64,000 nt of DNA from Anaeramoeba ignava BMAN. Taxonomy: Eukaryota; Protista; Anaeramoebae. Below the pieces are notes generated by a model. It was not told where the DNA came from and ran no database searches. It saw only the letters and a program-made list of their open reading frames with translations. Shown here piece by piece: positions 24,514 to 36,343 of the stretch. How positions within the stretch are numbered: the stretch's first letter is position 1; each line of letters opens with the position of its first letter. Position numbers and translations under genes: made by a program. The stretch is taken from assembly GCA_028826165.1 (NCBI GenBank), contig JAPDFW010000008.1, positions 1 to 64,000 of the forward strand, given 5' to 3'.

Positions 24514-25927
24514 ATGGAAAATATTTTAAAAAGAATTGAAGTTTTAGAATTTCCTTTTTCTGAATCATTTTGTAAATTTTAATTTTATATTTTATATTTT
24601 TAATTTATATTTAATTTTTAATTATTTTTAGTAAAAAATTCAAATAATTCAGATTTAATTCATTTTATTTTATGGCTTGAAGAAAATGAATTTTTAATTT
24701 TTTCACAAGATAAAACTAAATGGGAAGATTTTCAAAATGTTTTATTATCAACAAATGAATTTTCACAACTTATTCATTTAAAACAATTTAAAGATTATTT
24801 AAATCAATTAAATTGTTCAAATTTAATTCTTTCAAATTTAGAATCGAAAAATTCTTTTATTTTAATATTAGATTTTTTAACTTCTAAAGCAATTAATATT
24901 CATTATAAAAAAAGTAATAGAAATAATAATTTTTAATTTTTAATTTTTAATTTTTAATTTTAATTTTTAATTTTTAATTTTAATTTAATTTTTTTTAGCA
25001 ATTTTTAAACAGAAAAAATTTATCAAAAAAGATCAAAACATTAAAGAATTTAATTTAAAATCTTTATCTTCAAAAATTAATCAACTTTCAATTTTATTAG
25101 ATATTCCAAGAGCTAAAAAAATTTCAAATTATGAAGATCAATTAAAAGCAATTCGAAATATTATTCAAAAACAATTATTAAATCCAAAATCTATTAATGA
25201 ACAAGAAACAATAATTCACACACAAAAAGAAAAATCAAATGAAAATATAAATGAAAAATCAAATAGAAATATAAATGAAAATTTAAATAGAAATTTAAAT
25301 GAAAATTTAAATAGAAATATAAATCAAAATAGAAATGAAAATTTAAATAGAAATTCAAACCAAAAAACTAAACATGTTTGGAGAAGAAAAAATCAAAATC
25401 AAAATCAAAATCAAAATCAAAATCAAAATCAAAATCAAAATTCAAATAGAAATCAAAATCAAAATCAAAATCAAAATCAAAATTCAAATAGAAATCAAAA
25501 TCAAAATCAAACAACTAAACATGTTTGGAGAAGAAAAAATCAAAATCAAAATTCAAATCAAAATCAAAATTCAAATCAAAATTCAAATAGAAATCAAAAT
25601 CAAAATCAAAATCAAAATCAAAAAATCAATTCAAATCAAAATCAAAAAATAAATCAAAATTCAAATCAAAATTCAAATCAAAATTCAAATCAAAATTCAA
25701 ATCAAAAAATAAATTCAATTAATCAAACAATCCAAAAATTAAGTTTTTTTTCTTCAGGAATTAATGTTGAAAATAAGAAAATTGATTCAAGTTTGAAAAT
25801 TGCTCGTTTATTATATATTTCTGATTTAGAAAATTTACAAAAAAAAATTAATAAATTGATTCATTCTATTCAAGAATTTGTTATTAATCCAATAATTGAT
25901 CATGAAATTGGACAAGTTGGTTTTTAA
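24514..25927 (+). CDS. RTRAF: RTRAF/CGI-99 (RLL motif) homologue with an N/Q-rich insertion; 2 introns, possible frameshift near 25000-25040
   Basis: N-terminal ILWLEE...YLNQLNC...LDFLTSKAI; C-terminal KIARLLYISDLENLQKKINKLIHSIQEFVINPIIDHEIGQVGF*. Confidence 0.8.
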
Positions 25928-26095
25928 AAAATTTTAAAATCAAAAGAAATTTTAAAATGAAAAAAAAATGATTAAAAACTTTTTTTTTTGTTTTCTTTCT
26001 TTTAATTTTTTTGATGAAGAAAGAAATAAAAACTATTGCTTTTAAAATGAAAAATGAAAAATGAAAAATTTCTAAAAGAAAAAAAAAAGTTTGAT

Positions 26096-29065
26096 TTAAT
26101 TTTTTTTAACATCTTCAAAAAAAGAATCAAGAATTTTAAATGAAGCTTCTCTTGTACTTAAAATACCATCACTAACTAAATTATCTAAATTTCTTAATAA
26201 ATTTCTAACATTTTTTCTTTCCTTTAAACTATTTTTATTAAAATATAAATTTTAAAATTTAATTTTTATCCGATTTTTAAATAATTTTTGAAATAATTTT
26301 TAAATAAATTTTTAAATAAATTTTGAAATAAATTTTTAAATAATTTTTGAATTAAATTTTTAAATAAATTTTTAAATAAATTTTTATCCGATTTTTAAAT
26401 AAATTTTAAAATAAATTTGAAATAAATTTTTAAATAAATTTTTAAATAAATTTTTAAATAAATTTTTAAATAAATTTTTATCCGATTTTTAAATAAATTT
26501 TGAAATAAATTTTTAAATAAATTTTTATCCGATTTTTAAATAAATTTTAAAATAAAATTTTAAATAAATTTTGAATTAAATTTTTAAATAAAATTTTGAA
26601 ATAAATTTTTAAATAAATTTTGAATAAATTTTAAATTAATTTTTGAAATAAATTTTTAAATAATTTTAAATAAATTTTGGATCTTTATACTTTTGAATTA
26701 TAAGTTGATTAATTTGAGTCCATAATTCTATTTTTCTTTGATCTTTTCTTTTTGATTCAAATTCACCAGATTTAATTAAATTAGAACGAAATTTCATAGC
26801 AGTTTCCCAAACTTTAGCAACAGAATTTTCATCAAAAGAAGAACAAAGAAGAACTTCAGGAATCCAATTAAGGGATTTAGGTCTAAGTAAATGAAGAGCA
26901 TTTTGATAATCTCTTTGAATTCTTTTTGCTGCTGAAACTAAATCACCATCACATTTGTTGATCACAACAAGATCTACTAATTCAACAACCCCTTTTTTTA
27001 TTCCTTGAAGTTGATCCCCTCCGCCTGGTGGTAATAATAATAGAAAAAAATCTGTTAAATCTCCTACTGCTACTTCGGATTGTCCTACTCCAACTGTTTC
27101 TACTAATATAATTTCATATCCTGCACCTTTTTTTTTAATTTTTAAATAAATCAATAAATTAAATAAATAAATATAAATTAATAAATATATTTAAATCAAT
27201 AAATAAATTTAAATCAATAAATATATTTAAATCAATAAATAAATATAAATCAATAAATATATTTAAATCAAATAAATATATATATAAATCAATAAATATA
27301 TTTAAATCAAATAAATATATATATAAATCAATAAATATATATAAATCAATAAATAAATATAAATCAAATAAATATATATAAATCAATAAATATATATAAA
27401 TCAAATAAATATATTTAAATCAATAAATAAATATAAATTAATAAATATATATAAATCAATAAATAAATATATATAAATCAATAAATATATATAAATCAAT
27501 AAATATATATTAAATCAATAAATATATATTAAATCAATAAATATAAAATCAATAAATATATTTTAAATTAATAAATAAATATAAATTTAAATAAATATAT
27601 ATAAATCAATAAATATATATAAATCAATAAATATATATAAATTAATAAATATATTTAAATCAAATAAATATATTTAAATCAATAAATAAATATAAATTAA
27701 TAAATATATTTAAATCAATAAATATATTTAAATTAATAAATATAAATTAAATCAATAAATATATATAAATTAAATAAATATATTTAAATCAATAAATATA
27801 TTTAAATCAAATTTCAAACTAATTTCAAACTAATTTCAAACTAATTTCAAACTAATTTAAATAAAAATTTCAATTACTAACTTTCACATAAATGAATAGC
27901 ATCAAAAGTATGCAAAGAAACACCACCTAAAAATAAAAAGAAAAATTAAAATAATATAAAAATAAAAATAAATTAAAATAAAAATGAAAATGAAAATATA
28001 AATAAACGAACCAACAATATTATTGCTTGGAGCTGGACGAATATAAGCATTTGGCTGTCTTGATAATTCTTCCATTCTTGTTCTATCACCAAGAATTGAA
28101 CCACCTGATAATTTTGAAGAAGGATCAACTGGAAGAACAGCAACTCGAAATCCTAAATTACAAAGATGTACACCAAGAGCTTCTATAAATGTACTTTTAC
28201 CTGCACCTGGTGGTCCTGTTATTCTATTTATTTTGATATTAAAATTCATTTATAAAATTAATATTAAAATTAAAATTAAAATTCATTTATAAAATTAATA
28301 TTAATATTAATATTATAATTAAAATTAAAATTCATTTATAAAATTATTATTAATATTAAAATTAAAATTAAAATTAAAATTAAAATTAAAAATTAAAATT
28401 AAATTAAAATTATATTAAATATTAAAATTAAAATTATAATTAAAATTAAAATTATAATTCATTTATAAAATTAAAATTATAATTCATTTATAAAATTAAA
28501 ATTCATTTATAAAATTAAAATTAAAATTAAAATTAAAATTAAAATTAAAATTAATATTAAAATTCATTTATAAAATTCATTTATAAAATTATTAATATTA
28601 ATATTAAAATTCATTTATAAAATTAATTTATAAAATTCACCCAACTCTAAAAGAATTTGAATTAAACATTAAATCTGAGCGATTAACAGAAGAAGAAAAA
28701 TGTTGATTTGATGAAATTTTTTTACGATTTAAAATTTTTTCATTTCTTTTATTAAGAATTATTGAAAGTAAATGACTAGCTTGTATTTGATGGTCAATTC
28801 GCTCAGATTCAGTCAACGTAATTGCTTTAGAAAGTGAATACCTCTTCCCTTCAATAACACTCTGTGCTAATTCTTGTGTTTTTTGAGTCGGTTTTGTTGA
28901 TTCAATTTGTTTTGAAATCCCAAATTGATATCCTTTATTTACTTCTTTTTCTCTGTTTTCATTATCATTTTTATCAAATTTAAGCGGAGAAAGAATCGAG
29001 GAATGAAGTAAAGAAGAAAAATATCTTGAAGGAAAATTAATTTTAGAAATTAATTGTTTTTGCAT
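26096..29065 (-). CDS. MMAA: Methylmalonic aciduria type A / MeaB GTPase (B12 chaperone of methylmalonyl-CoA mutase) with a probable organellar presequence; multi-exon
   Basis: [73 protein letters not shown]; N-terminus [18 protein letters not shown]. Confidence 0.94.
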
Positions 29066-29346
29066 TAAATTTTTTAAAAATTATAAATTAAAAAAATGAA
29101 AAAAAAAAATTAAAAAATTTTGTTTTTTGTTTTTTGTTTTTTTGTTTTTTTTTAATTAAAATGTGTTTTCTTTTTGTTTTTTTCTTTTGGTTTTCTTTTA
29201 AAAAAAATGAAAAGAAAAAAAAAATTTTTTTGTTGTTGAAAGAAAAAAAGAAAAAAAGAAAAAAAAAAACAAAATTCGAAATCCAAAAAGAAAAAAAATC
29301 AAAGAGCATCAAAAAATTAAAACGGACGAAAAACGCTCATCAATTT

Positions 29347-30465
29347 CTACTTTTTCAAATTAACTTTTTTCATGTAAGTTTTATTAGTTTTTGGAGGACC
29401 AGCAGCTACAGCTTTAACAATTTGTGCGAATAATTCATCAATATTTTCCACTTTAGCAGTGCTAACCTCAACATAAGTTGAACAGCCTAATTGTTTAGCA
29501 ACCAATTTTGCCTATAATGTGTTTTTGTAAAACAAGTTAACAATCCAGTAAGAGATTAATCAATTACTATTAAAAAATGATTTTCAAAAGAAAAAATACA
29601 TCTTTTGATGAAACTAAATCGGTTTGTGTATTGCTTTCTCTTAATTCAGATTGGGTTCCAACAAGAACACATCTGGGATTTTGTTTCCATTTCGCTTGTG
29701 TAAGATATTGCACGTGGGGATACCACTAAAACAAGTTTTTGATAAAGATAAATTTTGCAAAAAAAAATTTTGATCAACGCTTACAAGATTTTCAATGTTT
29801 GTAAAAGTGTCACGATTTCCAACAGAAAATACAAGAAGCCAAACTTGGTCCGGTGAGAACAGATATTGTGAAACTAAAAGCTCTTGGCCTTCGCGTGGTT
29901 TGCCTGTCTCAACTAAGTTGTATTTCGGTGTCAAAGTGTTCATGTAAAAAATTGATTGTTTGTTTTTTAAAAAAAGTTAGAATTGGATTCAATTTGTTTT
30001 TCGTGTTTTGTTCGTTATGTTGTGTACTTATTCCTGCAATCGCAAGGGTATCTTCAATGTGAACTTTGTATTTTTTTGATTTCACTTCAACTTCTTTTTC
30101 TCCATGAACTTCCATTGGTACACATTTACTTGGAAATTCTCCTGTTAATAGAGTAGCGGCTAATGCATTAGCCTCTAAAAAGAAGGAAAAGATTTTAATA
30201 TTGATTTCAATATTAAAATGAATATTGAACGAAATTTTAGATTAAAAAATTTTTTTAATTTAATTTTTTTAATTTAATTTTTTTAATTTAATTTTTTATT
30301 TTAATTTTTTATTTTATTTTTTTAATTTAATTTAATTTTTTAATTTAATTTAATTTTATTTTTTAATTTAATTTTACCATTATTATGTGTTGCATCATGT
30401 GTGTTTTCATTTGAAAGTGTTAGTAAATTAAAATTTCCTATTGTAATCACATGAATATCTGACAT
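29347..30465 (-). CDS. Divergent Rho-family small-GTPase-like protein lacking the P-loop (5 exons)
   Basis: TGEFPSKCVP, YKVHIEDT, LLVFSVGNRDTFTNIENLWYPHV, CVLVGTQSELR, AKQLGCSTYVEVSTAKVENIDELF; GxxxxGK(S/T) absent. Confidence 0.75.
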
Positions 30466-30609
30466 TTTTAATTAAAATAAAAGAAAAAATGAAAAAAATT
30501 AAAAAATTAAAAAATTAAAAAATTAAAAAAGGAGAAAAAATTATTTTTCATTTTTTTTTTCTTATTTTTTTTCTTATTTTAAAAAATTAATTAAATAAAT
30601 ATTAAAAAA

Positions 30610-33600
30610 ATGGAAAAATTATATGATTTTTTAAATCGGAATATGAGATTTGAACAAGCTTATCAACAATCTCAAGTTAAAAAGAATGAAAAAGATGAAG
30701 TAAAATTAAATAAAAATAAATAAAAATTCTTAATTAAAAATTTAAAACAAAAAAAAAAAAGGATGTAAAATTATTTTTTAAAAGCAATTTATTATTTTAT
30801 TATTATTTTATTATTAATTATTATTAAAAATAGAATAAAACTATTTTACATTTAGCTTGTGAATATAATTCTATTGATATTGTAAACAAACTTATTGAAG
30901 ATGGTGCTTCTTTAACAATTAAAGATAATGTATATATCATAATTATAATTATAATTCAAATCTCAAATTTAAATTCCAAATTTAAAATTAAATTAGTTTG
31001 TAATTTAATAATATTTTTTTTGGATTAATTAGGAAATTATTAAATATATTTATTAAAATTAAATTAGGGAGATACACCTTTACATACTGCATGTGCATAT
31101 GGATATGATAAAATAGCAAAAACATTAATTACAAAAGGAGCACCATTAACATTACAAAACAAAGTTAATTTTCCTTTTTTTTTTTATCAAAAAAAAATAT
31201 TTGATTAATTTATTCCAATTTAAACATTTTTATTCCAATTTATAGATTGTAAATACAAATACAAATATAAATATAAATATAAATATAAATATAAATATAA
31301 ATATAAAAATAAATATAAATATAAATATAAATATAAATATAAATATAAATACAAATATAAATATAAATATAAATATAAATAAATATAAATATAAATATAA
31401 ATATAAATATAAATATAAATATAAATATAAATATAAATATAAATATAAATATAAATATAAATATAAATATAAATATAAATATAAATATAAATATAAATAT
31501 AAATATAAATATAAATATAAATATAAATATAAATATAAATATAAATATAAATATAAATATAAATATAAATATAAATATAAATATAAATATTTATAAATAT
31601 AAATATTCCAAATTCCAAATTAAAATAATAACAAGGGAATGACTCCATTACATAATGCTTGTTGGGGTGGATTTTTCAAAATTGTTAAATTAATTGTTAA
31701 AAAATCAACAGAAATTGATCAAAAAAATAAAGTATTCTTTCATTTATTCTTTTATTTATTTATTTATTTATTTATTAATTAATAATAAATTATATATAGA
31801 AAGTAAAATATTTATTTAGAATAAATATTTTTTTTAATAAATTAATAATAAATTAATTAAATATATATTAAAAGGGAAATACTGCACTTCAAATTTCATG
31901 TTTTAAAGGATTTGGAAATATTACAAAATATCTTTTATCAAAACCAATATTCTTAGATAATCAAAATGATGTAACTTTCCTAAAATTAAAATCAAAATCA
32001 AAATCAAAATCAAATTCAAAATCAAATTCAAAATTAAATTCAAAATCAAAATTTAATATATTAGACTGTAAATAAAAATATAAATAAAATGTTTTTTTTC
32101 CTTAAAATTTATAAATCAAAAAAACAATTATTATTATTATTATTATTTATTATTATTATTATTTAAATAAAATCTTTTTAAAAGGGAAGAACAGCACTTC
32201 ATTTAGCTTGTGTATCTAAAAATCCACAAATTGTTGAAGAATTATTAAATTCAGGTGCAAATCCAAATATTAAAGATCATGTAAAAATAATCAAATTAAA
32301 TTAAATTAAATTAAATCAAATCCAATTAAATCAAATTAAATCAAATTAAATTAAATTAAATTAAACAATTAAATTAAATTACATCAAATTATCAAATTAA
32401 ATATTTTTTTAAATTATTTATTTTAATAGAAAGTAATTCAAAAAACAAAAAAAAAAAAATAATTAATATTAAATAATAATAAATAATAAATCCAAAATAG
32501 GGATTTTTACCGCTTCATATTGCATCTGGAAATGGATCAATAAAAATTGTTGAACATTTAATTAATCATAAAGCAAATGTTAATTTAAAAAATGATGTAA
32601 AATTAAATAAAAATTAAAATTAATAAAAATTAAAAATAAAAATTTAATTTTGGAAAATTTGAATTTATTATAAAAGTTTGTAAAAATTTATTAATTAATT
32701 AATAAATAAATAAATGAATTAAATATTTAGAAAATTAATAATCATATTTTATATTATATTTTATTTAAATAAATGTAAATTCTTTCTCTTTATTTTTATT
32801 TTTTATTTATTAATATTTCTTCATCCATTTTTTTGGAAAAATTAAAATTAAAATTAAAATTAAAATTTAAAAATAAATTAGAAAGAAACACCATTATTAT
32901 ATGCAATTCAAGAAGGAAATATTGAAATTGTTAAATTACTTTTAGAAAATCATTCAAATGTTAATCCAACAGATAATGTATTTATTATTATTTATTATTT
33001 ATTATTTATTATTTATTATTTATTTTAATAAAAAACAAAAACAATTTTAATAAAATTATAGATTGTAAAGATTAAAAAATAAAATCAAATTAAATCAATT
33101 TATTAATTTATTCATTTAAAAAAATAAAAAGCAAACACCACTTCAATTTGCAATAACAAATAATCATTTTGAAGTTATTAAAGAATTAATTAGATATGGA
33201 GCAGATGTTAATAAATCAAATGATGAAGTAAATTCAAAAAATAATTCAAAAAATAATTCAAAAAATAATTCAAAATGATTATTTAGACTGTAAATTAAAA
33301 AGAGAAGAAAAAAAGAAAAGAAGAAGAAATATATTAATATTAATAATAATTAAATAGGGATGTTCAAATATTCATTTAGCATGTGTACAAGGAAATCATG
33401 AAACAGTGAAATTACTTCTCAAAGCAAAAGCAAATCCAAATGATTTAGATATTGTAATCAAAACAAATTAAAATTAATTAAAATTAATTAAAATTAACAA
33501 TAATAATTTAGAATGTAAAATAAATTAATATTCATTTTGAATTAACATGATTTAATATTAATATTAATATTATTATTATTATTACATTTATATTTTCAAA

Positions 33601-36151
33601 ATTTTATAAAAAAAGGGATCTACACCATTACATTCAGCATCAGAAAATGGATATTTTCTTATTATTCGAGTATTACTTGAAAAAGGAGCTGAAATTGATA
33701 TAAAAAATAAAGTTTGATTTGAAATCAAAATATTAATTTAATTTAATTTAATTTAATTTAATTTAAATATTTTATTTTGGTTTTTTTTTAGGAAGTAAAA
33801 ATAAATAAAAATAAAAATAAAAAAAATATTTATTATTATTTTATAAATGAAAAAAAGGGAAAAACAGCACTTCATTTAGCATGTGAAAATGGAAGAATAA
33901 GATCTGTTATTGAACTTTCTAAATTATGGAGCAAATATTAATTTAACTTGCAATGTATATTATTTATTTTATATTTATTCATTTTAAATTTATTTTATAT
34001 TTGAAAAAATAATAAACAAAATAAATAGTTTGTATTTAATTATTTATTTAATAATTAATATCAAAATTAAATTTTAAATTTTAAATAAAAAAAAATAATT
34101 AGAATGTATTTTAATTTTTATTAAAATTAAATTAATTTAAATTTAAAATAAAATATTTATTTATATTTATATTTATATAGGGAGTTTGATTCAATTTAAT
34201 AAATAAATAAATAAATAAATAAAATAATCCTTATTATTTTCCAAATTATTTTCCAAATTATTAGAAAGTAAATGAAAAATCCAAAAAATATAAATATAAA
34301 TAATATAAATATAAATATAAATATAAATAATATAAATATAAATATAAATATAAAAATATTAGGAATGTGATCCACTTACAATTGCTGAAGAAAAGAAATA
34401 TTCTGAAGTAGTACATATACTTAAGAAATATATAAATGGAGAAGATTATTCTTACGTTTTAAGTGAATCACAAGATTTTATAGAAATTGAAAAACTATTA
34501 CAAGAAAGTATCAAGAAAAAAGAAGAAGAAGAAGAAAAAGAAAAAGAAAAAGAAAAAGAATCTCATAAAAAAAAAAGAAAAGCAAAAAGATCCAAAAAAA
34601 AACAAATTGAAAATCAAATTGAAATTGAAAATGAAATTGAAAATGAAAATGAAAATCAAATTGAAAATGAAAATGAAAATGAAACAACAGAAAATGAAAC
34701 AACAGAAAATGAAACAACAGAAACAGAAACAGATATTGAAAATGAAAATGATGATGATGATGATGATGAAAAACTAATTGATTTAACTTCAGCATTAATA
34801 TTTAAACCATCATTGATAAAAGAAAATCCAACAAATAATGAAAACATTAATGTAGAAATAAGTGAAAAAAAAGAACCAATTAATAATTTATCCGAAAATA
34901 CAATTTCTGAAAATGGTATTAACTTAAATCTTATTAAGGCAAGAGAAAATTTAAGAAGTTTTTTAAGTTCAAAAGATCAAAAACTTGCCAAAATTCGAAC
35001 AATTAAAAAGAATTTTAATGAACAAGGATTGAGTCTTATTGAAAATATTTTAATTCAAAAAAAGCAAAGTATTGAAAAAGAAAAAGAAAAAGAAAATCAA
35101 AATGAAAAAGAAAAATCAAAATCAAAATCAAAATCAAAATCAAAATCAAAATCAAAATCAAAATCAAAAACCAGATAATAAATTAACTGATACAGATAAA
35201 TTCAGAGAACAATTTAGCTTAACATCAAAAGATAGATTATTAGAATTTGATCCAAATTCATTAACAGATGTACAAAAAATAGGAGAAGGAGCATATGGAA
35301 CTGTATTTAAAGCAAAAATGGATGAAATTGATGTTGCGATTAAATATTTCAAATTCAAATTACAAAAGAAAGAAAGAGAAAGAGCAACATCAGAATTCAA
35401 AATTCTCAAATCATTAAATTATCCATTTATTGTTTCTTTTCTTGGATATAGTTTAAATCCATATTGTATTATGATGGAATTTTGTGATCAAGGAAGTTTA
35501 TCAGATTTAATTTATAATAACAAAATCGAATTTACTCAAGAAGAAATGTTTAAAATTTTCAAAGAAATCACATTTGCATTAATTTATCTTCATTCAAAAC
35601 AAATTATCCATCGAGATCTTAAAAGTCAAAATATATTAATTGATCAACATGGAAGAGTAAAATTAGCAGATTTCGGATTAGCAACATTTACAGACTCAGA
35701 AAAACAATTATCAGCTGTTGGAACACCTAATTGGACAGCACCAGAAGTTCTTCAACGATTAAAATATTCATATTCAGTAGATATTTTTTCAATTGGAATG
35801 ATTATTTATGAAGTTACTCATAGAATAATTCCATTTGATAAACAAAATATTTTTGAAATTATGATGAATATTCAAAATGGAATTAGACCATCTTTAAAAG
35901 ATGATAATATTTTTAATGATATTATTGTTCAATGTTGGGCTCAAGATCCAAATGAAAGACCTACTGCTACAGAATTACTTACAATGTTGAGTGATTTAGA
36001 AACACAAACTAAAAATCAAAATCAAAATCAAAATCAAAATTCAAATCAAAATCAAAATCAAAATCAAAATCAAAATCAAAATCAAAATCAAAATCAAAAT
36101 CAAAATCAAAATCAAAATCAAAATCAAAATCAAAATCAAAATCAAAATTAA
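30610..36151 (+). CDS. Ankyrin-repeat (about 12) + TKL-family protein kinase; 28 predicted exons including 15 three-nt micro-exons; two +1 homopolymer frameshifts (about 33917 and 35113)
   Basis: Exon 1 30610-30699; 96-nt ankyrin exons starting at 30834, 31068, 31636, 31875, 32185, 32501, 32882, 33132, 33358, 33616 and 33858 (97 nt) encoding G.TPLH.A-type repeats; last exon from 34363; kinase motifs [32 protein letters not shown]. Confidence 0.88.
30762..34267 (+). other. Fifteen 3-nt micro-exons (AG|NNN|GT) in the ankyrin-kinase gene
   Basis: 30762 GAT, 30997 TTT, 31246 ATT, 31800 AAA, 32065 ACT, 32430 AAA, 32677 TTT, 33062 ATT, 33287 ACT, 33512 AAT, 33792 GAA, 34029 TTT, 34103 AAT, 34181 GGA, 34265 AAA. 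Confidence 0.85.
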
Positions 36152-36343
36152 AATTAAAATCAAAATCAAAATCAAAATTAAAATCAAAATCAAAATCAAA
36201 ATCAAAATCAAAATCAAAATCAAAATTAAAATCAAAATCAAAATCAAAATCAAAATTAAAATCAAAATCAAAATCAAAATCAAAATCAAAATTAAATTCA
36301 AAATATTTGTAAAATTTATTTGAAAAGAAAAAAAAAACAATCT

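Noticed and set aside
33065-33227. A missing micro-exon or non-canonical acceptor before the QTPLQFA exon, whose register is shifted by one residue
   Set aside because: No second AG-NNN-GT is visible; the exon is still 96 nt and in frame, so a one-residue loop variant or sequence error suffices
33910-35120. Programmed frameshifting or pseudogenisation of the ankyrin kinase (+1 at about 33917 and 35113); similarly at about 52730
   Set aside because: Each is one extra base in a homopolymer with intact sequence on both sides; sequencing error is more parsimonious, though read data are needed to be certain
36149-36151. Possible TAA/TAG-to-Gln code reassignment, suggested by TAA alternating with CAA in NQ tracts
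   Set aside because: I saw no in-frame TAA/TAG inside conserved domains, and conserved C-termini (RTRAF GQVGF, WASH DWD, reductase IPFIF, G-alpha) end exactly at TAA/TAG
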